Translations under genes and position numbers: made by a program
Assembly (NCBI GenBank): GCA_030390025.1
Contig: CM059432.1
Coordinates: 87,918,001-87,982,000 of the forward strand
Length of the DNA: 64,000 nucleotides
Direction: 5' to 3'
Source of the DNA: Squalus acanthias
Lineage: Eukaryota
Notes under the pieces: generated by a model
Databases searched by the model: none
The model's input: only the letters and a program-made list of their open reading frames with translations
Told to the model about the DNA's origin: nothing
Shown here: positions 36,413 to 48,083 of the stretch, piece after piece
Layout of the letters: each line of letters starts with the position of its first letter
Numbering within the stretch: position 1 is the stretch's first letter

Positions 36413-37399
36413 GACGCCTGAGGTCGCTCCGCTTCTTCCTTGAACAGAGGCCCAACAAGTCCCCATCCACCACCACCCTCCTCCGCCTGGCTGAACTTGT
36501 TCTCACATTGAACAACTTCTCCTTTGACTCCACTCACTTCCTCCAAATAAAAGGTGTTGCTATGGGAACCCGCATGGGTCCCAGCTATGCCTGCCTTTTC
36601 GTGGGATATGTGGAACATTCTTTGTTCCAGTTCTACTCAGGTCCCCTCCCTCACCTCTTTTTCCTGTACAATGATGACTATCAGCGCCGTTTCCTGCTCT
36701 CGACTTGAGCTGGAAAATTTCATTCACTTTGCTTCCAATTCCGTACCATCACTCGGCTTCACATGGTCCATCTGTGACTCTTCCCTTCCTTTCCTCGATT
36801 TCTCTATCTCCATTTCTGGAGACCAATATTCACTATAAGCCCACTGACTCCCACAGCTACTTTGACTACATTTCCTCCCACCCTGCTTCATGTAAGGACT
36901 CAATTCCATTCTCCCTGTTTGTCCGTCTCCACCGCATCTGTTCTGACGATGCCACCTTCCACACCAGTGCTTCCAATATGTCTTCCTTTTTCCTCAACTG
37001 AGGATTCCCCTCTACCGTGGTTGACATGTCCCTCGACCTTATCCTTTCCATTTCCCACACTTCTGCCCTCACCCCTTCCCCTCCCTCCCAGAACCACAAT
37101 ATCATTCCCCTTGACCTCACCTTCCACCCCACCAGCCTCCACATTCAATGGATCATCCTCTGTCATTTCCACCACCTCCAGTGTGATCCCACCACCAAAC
37201 ACATCTTCCCTTCCCCTCCCCTCCCCTTTCAGCATTCCGAAGGGACTGCTCCCTCCGCGACACCCTGGTCCACTCTTCAATGACCCCCAACACCTATCCC
37301 CTTCCTGCGGCATCTTCCCATGCAAGCACAGGAGATGCAACACCTGCCCTTTTATCTCCTCCCTTCCCACCGTCCAGGGCCCCAAACACTCCTTCCAGG
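36413..37399 (+). mobile_element. Penelope-like element, inverted arm part 1
   Basis: LNNFSFDSTHFLQIKGVAMGTRMGPSYACLF, HYKPTDSHSY; inverse of about 34530-35520. Confidence 0.9.
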
Positions 37400-37489
37400 C
37401 ACGGGAAGGTGCCAATGGGAAGGGGAGGGGTGTTAGCGGTGATTGAAGAGTGGACCAAGGTGTCGCAGAGGGAGCGGTTCCTTCGGATG

Positions 37490-37844
37490 AAATGTATCTC
37501 AGACTGTTAAGAGAAGTAAGAGAGGAAATAGCAGAGGCTCGTACCATCATTTTCCAATCCTCTCTGGCTACAGGTGTGGTGCCGGAGGACTGGAGGACTG
37601 CTAATGTGGTACCGTTGTTTAAAAAGGGAGAAAGTGATAGACCAAGTAATTACAGGCCACTCAGCCTAAACTCGGTGGTGGGGAAATTATAGGAAAAAAT
37701 TCTGAGGGACAGGATAAATCTTCATTTAGAAAGACAGGGATTAATCAGGAACAGTCAGCATGGATTTGTTAAGGGAAGGTTGTATCTGACTAACTTGACT
37801 GAATTTTTGGAGGAGGTAACAAGGAGGGTCGATGACGGTAGTGC
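37490..37844 (+). mobile_element. CR1 LINE (outer copy), 5' piece
   Basis: RLLREVREEIAE...EEVTRRVDDGSA; continues as VDVVYIDFSKAFDK at about 39925. Confidence 0.88.
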
Positions 37845-39924
37845 ATCCCAGTGTGGCATAAGAATAAAACAACAAGGGTGACTCAACCGTGGCTAACAAG
37901 GGAAATTGGGGATAGCATAAGATCCAAGGAGAGGGCATATAAATTGGCCAGAAAAAGCGGTAGCCCTGAGGATTGGGAGCAGTTTAGGATTCAACAAAGG
38001 AGGACAAAGGGATTAATTAAGAAGGGGAAAATAGAATATGAAAGTAAGCTTGCTGGGAACATAAAAACTGACTGTAAGAGCTTTTATAGATATGTGAAGA
38101 GAAAAAGATTAGTGAAATCAAGTGTAGGTCCCTTGCAGTCAGAAGCGGGGGAAGTTATAATGGGGAACAAAGAAATGGCAGCCCAATTAAATGCATATTT
38201 TGGTTCTGTCTTCACAAAGGAGGACACAAATAAGCTCCCAGAGATGTTGGAGAACATACGGTCTGATGAAAGGGAGGAACTGAAAGAAATCAGTATTTGC
38301 AGGGAAATGGTGTTAGGGAAATTGACGGTATTGAAGGCCGATAAATCCCCAGGGCCTGATAATCTACATCCTAGGGTACTTAAGGAAGTGGCCCTAGAAA
38401 TAGTAGATGCATTGCTGATCATCTTCCAACATTCGATGGAATCTGGAACTGTACCCATGGATTGGAGAGTAGCTAATGTTACCCCACTATTCAAAAAGGG
38501 TGGTAGAGAGAAAGCAAGGAATTACAGACCAGTAAGCCTGACATCGGTAGTGGGGAAAATGCTAGAGTCCATTATAAAGGATGTAATAGCTGAGCATTTG
38601 AAAAACAGTGACAGGATCGGACAAAGTCAACATGGATTTACAAAAGGTAAATCGTGCTTGACTAATCTACTGGAATTTTTTGAGGATGTAACTGGGAAAA
38701 TAGATAAGGGAGAACCAGTAGATGTGGTGTATTTGGACTTTCAAAAGGCTTTCGATAAGGTCCCGCATAAGAGATTAGCGGGTAAAGTTAAGGCACATGG
38801 GATTGGGGGCAAGGTATTGACTTGGATAGAGAACTGGTTGGCGGACAGAAAGCAGAGAGTAGGAATTAATGGGTCTTTTTCCGAGTGGCAAGCAGTGACT
38901 AGTGGGGTACCACAGGGATCGGTCCTTGGACCCCAGATATTCACAATATACATTAATGATCTAGATAAGGGAATGAAATGTAATATCTCCAAGTTTGCAG
39001 ATGACACAAAGCTGGGTGGGCGTGTGTGCTGCGAGGAGGATACCGAGAAACTCCAGGATGATCTGGACAGGTTGGGTGAGTGGGCAGAAGCGTGGCAGAT
39101 GCAATATAACGTGGATAAGTGCGAGGTTATCCACTTTGGTGTCAAAAACAGAAAGGCAGACTATTATCTGAATGGCAATAGATTGGGAGAAGGGGAAGTG
39201 CAACGAGACCTGGGTGTCCTTGTGCACCAGTCGCTGAAAGTAAGCATGCAGGTGCAGCAGGCGGTGAAGAAGGCAAATGGTATGTTGGCCTTCATAGCGA
39301 GAGGGTTTGAGTATAGGAACAGGGATGTCCTGCTGCAGTTGTACAGGGCCTTGGTGAGACCACACCTTGAGTACTGTCTGCAGTTTTGGTCGCCTTATCT
39401 GAGGAAGGATGTTCTTGCCATGGAAGGAGTTCAGCGAAGATTCACAAGGCTGATACCTGGGATGGCAGGAATGACATATGAGGAGAGATTGGGTCGATTG
39501 GGCTTATACTCACTGGAGTATAGAAGAATGAGAGGGGATCTCATCGTAACATATAAAATTCTGACAGGTCTGGACAAACTAGATGCAGGAAGAATGTTCC
39601 CGATGGTCGGAGAGTCCAGAACCAGGGGTCATAATCTACGGATAACGGGTAAACCATTTAGGACAGAAATGAGGAAGAATTTCTTCACCCAGAGAGTGGT
39701 GAACCTGTGGAATTCTCTACCACAGAAGGTAGTTGAGGCCAAGTCATTAAATATATTCAAGGATGAGTTAGATATATTTCTTAAAGCTAAAGGTATCAAG
39801 GGATATGGGGAGAAGGCAGGTACAGGGTACTGAGTTTAGATGATCAGCCATGATCTCATCGAATGGCGGAGCAGGCTCGAGGGGCCGAATGGCCTACTCC
39901 TGCTCCTATCTTCTATGTTTCTAT
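37845..39924 (+). mobile_element. Young 5'-truncated CR1 with uninterrupted 660-aa RT ORF (37851-39833), nested in another CR1
   Basis: All RT motifs present ([27 protein letters not shown]), no stops, 3'UTR and tail ttctatgtttctatg; no endonuclease domain. Confidence 0.96.
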
Positions 39925-40458
39925 GTTGATGTAGTCTATATTGATTTTAGCAAGGCTTTTGATAAGGTCCCACATGGCAAACTTACGAGAATGTTGCCTG
40001 GGCTGGGGAATTTTAGCTATGAGGAAAGATTGGATAAGCTGGGGTTGTTTTCTTTGGAACAGAGGAGGCTGAGGGGAGACCTAATTGAGGTGTATAAAAT
40101 TATGAGGGGCCTAGATAGAGTGGATAGGAAGGAACTATTTCCCTTAGCAGAGGGGTTGATAACCAGTGGGCATAGATTTAAAGTAATTGGTCGGAGGTTT
40201 AGAGGGGATTTGAGGAGAAATGTTTTCACCCAGAGGGTGGTGGGGGTCTGGAACTCACTGCTTGAAAGGGTGGTAGAGGCAGAAACCCTCATCACATTTA
40301 AAAAGCACTTGGATATGCACTTGAAGTGCCGTAACCTACAAGGATACGGACCAAGTGCTGGAAAGTGGGATTAGGGTGGATAGCTCTTTGTCGGCCGGTA
40401 CGGACAAGGTGGGCCGAATGGCCTCCTTCTGTGCTGTAAATTTCTATGATTCTATGAT
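39925..40458 (+). mobile_element. CR1 LINE (outer copy), 3' piece with internal deletion
   Basis: DKVPHGKL is joined directly to TRMLPG; tail ttctatgattctatgattc. Confidence 0.88.
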
Positions 40459-41090
40459 TCAGGTGAAACAGCGATTTACTTATACTTCTTTCAATTTAGT
40501 ATACCGTATTCGCTGTTCACGATGCGGTCTCCTCTACATTGGGGAGACCAAACGCAGATTGGGTGACCGCATTGCGGAACACCTCCTTTCAGTCCATAAG
40601 CGTGAACCCGAGCTTCCGGTCACCTGCCACTTTAATTCTCTGCTCCACTCCCACTCTGACCTCTCTGTCTTTGGCCTCCTACGCTGTTCCAATGAAGCTC
40701 AATGTAAGCTTGAAGAACAACACTACATCTTAGGCACTTTACAGCCTTCTGGAATCAACATTGAGTTCAACAATTTCAGACCATAACCTCTGCCCCCATT
40801 TTTTCGGATGGCAGCTGTTGATGATTCTGCTATTCCCATTTACACCTCTTCTTGACCCATCTTTTGTTTCCTTACTTGTCCCATTACCATCTCCTTTTGT
40901 CTTTTAATCTCTCCTGCCTTCCACCCTATCACAGACCTTCTCTTTTGTTCTTTCCTCCCCTCCTCCCTTTCCCTGCCTCTGCATTTGCTTAAAACTTGTT
41001 ATATCTCTAACTTTTTTCAGTTCTGACGAAAGATCATCGACCTGAATCGTTAACTCTGTTTCTCTCTCCACAGATGCTGCCTGACCAGCA
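40459..41090 (+). mobile_element. Penelope-like element, inverted arm part 2 (GIY-YIG endonuclease plus terminal repeat)
   Basis: LVYRIRCSRCGLLYIGETKRRLGDRIAEH...GINIEF; resumes exactly where 37399 stops. Confidence 0.92.
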
Positions 41091-41445
41091 GAATTAAATA
41101 CGTTGCTGTAGACATAGTAAAACATATAAGGGCCAGGTTTATGAAGGCCTGCTCCCAGCACAGAGACCTGCCTGCCGGGATCTCCTATTGGGAAATTGAG
41201 GGCATACTACAGGCTGGAGTTTCTGCTATGTCCTGCTGAAATTGAAGTGTATATCAGGAAACCATGGGCGGGATTCCCAATAGGTGCCCCTACCCACGAT
41301 TTCCTGAAATGCACATCTAGCAGTTAAGGCCACTTCCCAGAAACTAGTATTCATTTAATTGGCCTTATATTCTTAAAGTATTCTGTTTAACCTCATTGCC
41401 AAAGCACTATCACAACCTCATAGTTTATTTTAATGTTTTCTTTAG

Positions 41446-41581
41446 GGGAAACTGGATTGGGGAAGCGCCGTATAAAGTCGGAGTGCCATGCTCAGCCTGC
41501 CCACCCAGTTATGGAGGAGTCTGCAACAACAATCAATGCTTCCCACGAGTAACCTCAAACTACCTATATTGGTTCAAGTGA
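41446..41581 (+). CDS. PI15: PI15-like last coding exon
   Basis: Acceptor ttttctttag, then [48 protein letters not shown]. The SNYLYWFK end is PI15-type. Exons total 774 nt = 257 aa plus stop. Confidence 0.95.
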
Positions 41582-42594
41582 TCGGTTAGGTTTACGGAAT
41601 ATGTTAGCAGAGCCGCATTAGGATTGCTCAACAGAGATACTAGTCCGCTGAAGAGACTTTGCAGAACATATGTTCATTAATATACCCATTATTATTACTG
41701 AAATTTTGCCTTAAAGATATCATCTTACAAAACACTTAATATTATCATTGTACTGCTTTTAACTTTCACCGAGTTAGCTCTTATAGAAATACAAATTTAT
41801 TATAGCAACACAAGGCACTGTATTTATGAAGAAAAACAGCATGATACTTCAGAATATTGCTACCTTTTTATTTACAGGTGAGAATAGAAAGCAGTTTACA
41901 GCAAGTTTTGTGCATGGATATGGTACAGTATTACTGAGTTGGACAAACAGTCCATTATTTATCCATAATGGGTATGTATCGGTTTGCGCCTTGGTTACTG
42001 TTAAAACTAGCAGGACAGTTAGATGAGCTAAGGGACTTGCTTGTAGAAAACAGTAATTATAGCAAATGGTAATTTAATCATCTCTGCTCTGAATAACTGT
42101 GGAAGCCTATTAAAGCTTCTCATGGTGCTAAACATTTTATTAAAAAAAAACTACTTTTCCATAATTCAGGCATAACTGTAAGGTACTTATCTAAGATATT
42201 AAAATATGGAAAAAATATCGAGCAATTGATAAGGGTGCTAGAGATCGCTATGTTCAATATTTTGATCACTTACATATTTTCCTGTAACAATGGGAATTTA
42301 TAAACTGTAGCTCTAGGCAGCTCAAACATACAAATACATCTGTAGTTTCAGGTAGCACATGAGCAGGCTCTTGTGCCAAAAACAAATTACTTACATTTCT
42401 GCAACATTTACAGAGGATTCCACTCACTGTCATCTAACATTGTCTCTGACTGCATGATTATCTTTTTCCTCCCCTGAGGTCCCAAATCTTTATTTTTACT
42501 AGATCCTCATTGTTTTATTTCATATACAATGTTTTGCTAATTTTGACTTAATGCCATTTTCCCACTAAATGTCAACAACAAATTCATTTATATA

Positions 42595-43359
42595 GGGCCA
42601 GAAATTCGGTTTTCCGGCTTCCTGCGGGTGCAAGCATCGTGCGCGTAGTTACCTAACGTACCTGCCGTTGTGTTTTGGGCCCACGAGAACTTCGGGTCCT
42701 GGGCCTCCTCCAGCTGCCGGCGCGCAGTGCTTGCATGTCCCAGGGGCGCAGTTAGTTCGAAGCGTCCCCTGGGATCACGTGGGCCATGGAGAGCCAATCC
42801 TAGCAGGGTATTTTCATTCATAGATTTGACAGGAAGACCTGTCAAATCTATGAATTGAAATCTGCCCCAAAACCACTCTAAAACTTCAAATACATTTTTT
42901 AAAAAAACATCACATTTTTAAAATAACTATAAGTTAAATAAATTAACTACTTTAAACAAAAATTAAAATTTTTGAAAAAATTTAAATACTTTTTAACGGT
43001 GCTAAAAATAAACTTACCTTTCTTTAAAGTATCTAAAAAAGATAAACCTGTTGAAAAATTTTTTAAACTGTAATTAATTAACCACTTACCTTGTTAAAAA
43101 CGGGTCTTGCGCCTCCTTTTTAAAAGCGCAGCTTCTTCCATACTTACCTTCCCGGAGAAACCTGAAAAAAAAACGAAGTTCGCTGCGTGTGCGCAGCCTC
43201 TCCCGCGCACGCGGTTCACCTCTGAACCCCTCCCTTCACGAGACCGGAAGTTCCGGTTTCCCGCGCATGCGCAGTGCATGCAGGAAACCGGCACTTCAAG
43301 TGGCCTTACAGGTGAGTACACAGCGCGTACTCACCCGGCAAGTGCCGAATTTCTGGGCC
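42595..43359 (-). mobile_element. Harbinger-type MITE, family B
   Basis: TIRs GGGCCAGAAATTCGG / CCGAATTTCTGGGCC; TSD ATA. Inserted in a short L2 3' tail (42572-43400). Confidence 0.92.
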
Positions 43360-43851
43360 ATAGTTTCTTTAACGTAGTAAAACGTCCCAAGGCACTTCAC
43401 CGGTCAATATGCACTTTCATATAATAACAACTTTAATGCCAAACCAGTGCACAAATGTACACAACTTACTCTAAATGGAGATGATCATCAAAGTTTCTGT
43501 GAAATCCCAGAGACAGAATTTGTGGAAGGTGACGCTTACAGCAAATGCTGTGGGTCGTTTCTGTGAGGAAAAGTCAGTCATATTGGAATGAAAGCTTGTA
43601 TTCTCGCTTTGTGCTTATCATTCTTGGCTGCTTGGTTTTATCTTTAGAAATCCCAATCATAATTAAAATAAAGGAGAATAAAAAGCGGTTTGCAACATGT
43701 GTAACATTCTTGTTAATTGTCCCAGTTATCAGGGACATTACACATGGAAAGAAAGAAATCACAAACAATGACCATTTGAGCAGGCAAAGCATGATTACTT
43801 AGATATGTTCTTAGTTTGATGCAGGTTGCATTTATGTAACTTATACACAAT

Positions 43852-44593
43852 GGCCTGGAGTTCCCGCTTGGTTGCGCTTTTTTTTGCGCAATTCGCCCAA
43901 AATCGGCGAAACCAGTGCAAAAGATAGCTGAGGTTTAAGCGCAAATTACATTCAGCACAACTTGAGTTTCCGTGATCTTTTGCGCTGGTTTAAAACACGC
44001 TAGAATCCGCCCCGCACGCAGAACTGTCCATGCCCCCAGATCGAAATAATCACCATTATGACTTTCCTCTAATCGTGCTCATTTGCAGGCCTTCGAGGAG
44101 GCTCCAAAAATGAAGCTGCTTTTAGGCGAAAGGACACTAATAGGCATGTTTTAAAAGCTTTTGAATATAATTTGTTTTTAATATGCTAAGAAACTGACTA
44201 CTGTACACCAATATAACTGGCAAATGGTTCTCTATAGTTTTTTGAATTCATTTTCAGTAATTTAAAACTGGGTTACTCACAAGTGGTGGACTAGACACTG
44301 ATTAAAATGCCTATTTTTTTGTGATAAGCCCATTTTCTGCTGTATTAATAAAACTGCACCAAGCTGCCACTCTTAAATATATTAAGGAATATTTTTTAAG
44401 GCAAAATTTAAAAAAAAATTACGTTCTAAAATGCTGCCCGATTGCGGTGGTTCATGGCAGATTTTGCGTTCGACGATATGCAAATGAGTTTGAGCGGAAA
44501 CTTGAGAAAATGAACACATCTGAAAGCGAGAGCAATTTTGGGTGCGATTTGCGCTTAGATCGCCAATTGCGCACAAAGCGGAAACTCTATCCC
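43852..44593. mobile_element. Harbinger-type MITE, family C
   Basis: Ends GGCCTGGAGTTCCCGC / GCGGAAACTCTATCCC; TSD AAT. GC-rich ends around an AT-rich core. Confidence 0.8.
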
Positions 44594-44869
44594 AATGTAT
44601 CTTGTTGCTGGCTGAGTAATTCCAGTTCTAATGAAGCATACAGGTTAAGCCCTTGTGAATGGGAATAACTGAAATTGTGCAATACTTATTTATCTGAATA
44701 GGTGATGCAAATTAGTGTATTTTGTCAACGTGAGTATATTTGTGATTTTCTACACAAATGATATATTGAAGGATTTATTAAAGGCCAAGGTATTGCCAAA
44801 ATTATGATAATAAAGCTTGATACATTTATGACATTATGGGCTAAATTTTAAAACTATTTTGTCTCCAGT

Positions 44870-45200
44870 GAGTAGCTGAGCCTGTAGATAACAGGAAGGC
44901 CCCAGGTTGGATCCTCAGTTTGTGTTACGTTAGCTGATCTCGCCTGGGGCAACAGTTATAATTATCTTCACTATTACTAGGTAATGGAGGGAACGTTGCT
45001 GGATGTGTGCATTTGTGGACATCAGGTGAGAACAGGAGCAGGCTGAGCTGTGAAGGCTCTTCCCTCTGCAGAAGATTAGCTTGACAATGATTACTGGTGA
45101 GGCTTATCCATGAATAATTGGCACCTGGAGGAGATACCAGTTTGCACATTGAATTGTATTCCAGATGGGAGTCAATGCCTTCAGGAGAGGAGAAAGTTAG
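44870..45200 (+). repeat. LF-SINE-like element, decayed
   Basis: caggaaggccccaggttggatcc...ttagctgatctc...gtggacatcaggtgag...gagtcaatgccttcaggagagg. Confidence 0.65.
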
Positions 45201-46011
45201 CTGACAAAATTGATGAGGAGAAAATTAAAAACTGCATCGTAACAGAAATGTCTTTGCTCTACATTTTCTTTCATGGTATGAATCATTTAACATTCCTCCA
45301 TTTGCGGCAGTATATCACCTTTGCTGTGCACCATGAAAGAGGGAGCAGAGGCTAACTTAATGCAGTGAAAAACACTGACTAAACATTTTAAAATTAATCT
45401 GGCAATGGTACAGTTGTGACAATTGTGGTGTAGAATCCTGCACTGTTCTGTGGAGTACTGACAATTTATAACAGAAACACTCAGTAACAAATCCACTCAC
45501 ATGCGTTCAATTTTGAGGGATTAGAAATTAGTTTTTTTTTAAACTATCTTTATGTCTGGGGCAGGGATGAATAAAATGGGTGGAGCCTCTTGTGTTGCTT
45601 CATGCGAGGCCAATTCATGGTTTTCTGGAATTTTTGTACGCAGATTCAAACGTGTTGGAAATCCACACAAATTAGCTTTTTAATATTTACTAGCACAAAT
45701 TAGTACCACTGAATGGAATAACTAAAACCAGGCAGGGTGTGTCAGTGCCTATACAAACTCCATTGGAGAGTAATTATTTTGCCAATGTTATGCTTTAAAA
45801 CTACATGTTAGAAAAAAAATCATGAAAAATTTATAGGGGCAGCGAACAGGAAATGAGTGTGTTTGCTTGAAAGAACCTTCAGCTCTTTGATCTGGCTACA
45901 GCACACCTCAGGTTCAACTTTTGTTTATTTGAAGGACATATTTTTGTTGACAGTCACGGAACTAAGAGTTATTACTTACAGGTTTCATCCATTATATTTC
46001 ACAGATACATT

Positions 46012-46420
46012 GGGGGGAATTTTAAACCCCCACCCTGCCCAGCTGAAACCGGGCATGGGGCAATTAGAATGGAACGGGAGAGTTACCCACTGGCCTCCCA
46101 GCCTGATCCTGCCGACTGCAAATTTAAATAGCAAACACCAAGGATACCTGCCCAAAGCCGGCGGGTTCCTTATGTAAATATGCAGATTGGGTCCCAATGA
46201 TGCAATATTAACCCTAGGCCTGCGCGGGGAAGTCAAACTTGCCGGGAACAGGAGCCATGCCAGAATAGGACCAGCAAAGTAGGTTTTTTAAACATTTTAT
46301 TTTGGTTTCCTTGTGGGCCAGGAGTTGCAAGAGTGCTCCCCCCTCCCCCTGGGCTCCACAAGGAACCTTGAGCCGCCACTGCTCTGTGTTTCCCTCCCCC
46401 GATCATGATCACTTCCAACC
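46012..46420. mobile_element. Partial Harbinger-type MITE
   Basis: ATT|GGGGGGAATTTTAA start; no matching right end found. Confidence 0.5.
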
Positions 46421-46781
46421 CGTAGGTTTTTAAAGCCCCTGTATTTTCCCTAAAACAGGGCATCTAAATAGAAACGCATAATAAGGTACAATTCTATTTT
46501 TAAATACAAAATTAAAAAAGAATGCAAAATAGTCAGCATAGAAATTTTGAGTTAATCTACAAAAATATACATTTCACCCAGTTTACACAAAACTTAAATC
46601 AGCCTTAAAATTACGCCGTGTGATAGTATCATATGAGCGCTTAATGCATTTCTCTACAATTCCTTCTATGCTTTTTTAGCAGAGGTGACAACCAATTTAT
46701 CTTAAACATGTTCATTTCTCTACTAAAATAAAAAAAATAATGCCAGAGGTGGAAATTACGGGTGCATTTGGGGTCATTTTA

Positions 46782-47595
46782 AGCGAGTGGGCAATAAGGT
46801 GGCAGATGGAGTATAATGTGGGGAAAAGTGAGGTGATTCACTTTGGTAGTAAGAATAGAAAAACAGAATATTTTTTAAATGGTGAGAAACTATTAAATGT
46901 TGGTGTTCAGTGAGATTTAGATGCCCTCGCACAGGAAACACAGAGAGTTAGCATGCAAGCAATTAGGAAGGCAAATGGCATGTTGGCCTTTATTGTAAGG
47001 GGGTTGGAGTACAAGAGTAATGATGTCTTACTACAATTGTACAGGGCTTTGGCAAGACCACTCCTGGAGTACTGTGCACAGATTTGGTCTCCTTATCTGA
47101 GGAAGGACATACTTGTCTTAGAGGCGATGCAACGAAGGTTCAGTAAATTAATCCCTGGGATGAGAGGGATGTCCTATGAGGAGAGATTGAGTAGATTGGG
47201 TCTATACTCTCTGGAGTTTAGAAGAATGAGAGGTGATCTCATCAAAACATATAAGATTCTGAGGGAGATTGACAGGGTAGATGCTGAGAGATTGTTTCCC
47301 TGGCTGGAGAGTCTGTAACTAGGGGGCATAGTCTCAGGATAAGGGGTCGGCCATTTAGGACTGAGATGAGGAGGAATTTCTTCACACAAAGGGCAGTAGA
47401 TGCTGACTCATTGAGTATATTCAAGGCTGGTGTAGATAGATTTTTGGACTCTAGGGGAATCAAGGGATATGGGGATCGGGTGGGAAAGTGGAGTTGAGGT
47501 CGAAGATCAGCCATGATCTTATTGAATGGTGGAGCAGGCTCAAGAGGCCATATGGCCTACTCCTGCTCCTAATTCTTAGGTTCTTATGTTCTTAT
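46782..47595 (+). mobile_element. CR1 3' fragment
   Basis: QAIRKANGMLAFIVRGLEYKS...; tail ttcttaggttcttatgttctta. Confidence 0.92.
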
Positions 47596-48077
47596 TTTAG
47601 CTTTTGGCGACAGAAAAAAATTGTGAAAGGCGGCCAATCCGATATCTCGCCATTACATTATCGCCAAAGTTAAAATTACCTTTGTATCTGTTATCTCACA
47701 GCATAATTTCAAAGCAGTAGCCATAAGCAAGAAAATAGGGCCCGATACCGGTAGCATTAGTTAACTAACAAAACTGAGCTTATTCCAAAATGAAGTAAAT
47801 TATCTGGCAAACTGGTACTCTCGCCTAAGCAATAAAAGCATATGTTGGTTAATTTTATTTCACTCTACATTGCATTGTACTGTACTGTACTGTACCAAAC
47901 ATACTAATATTATTAATTGTGTTTGTATTTGAAATATTTTTAAAGATGGGTACTTAATCTGCGACACTCTATGTACGTCATCCACCTTGAAATCCACATG
48001 CTAATATCTATGGAAAAGCTGATTGTTTACATATTAAAATAATGATCTTGTATTTCAACTGTTTTCCATGAGTGGTA

Positions 48078-48083
48078 AATAAA
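48078..48083 (+). terminator. Candidate distal polyadenylation signal (long 3'UTR)
   Basis: AATAAA at the end of an AU-rich, non-repetitive 3'UTR-like block (47690-48100). Several other AATAAA hexamers lie upstream. Confidence 0.25.

Noticed and set aside
38084..39365. Minus-strand ORFs of 134-136 aa
   Set aside because: These are antisense shadows of the CR1 RT ORF; the same shadows recur at other CR1 copies.
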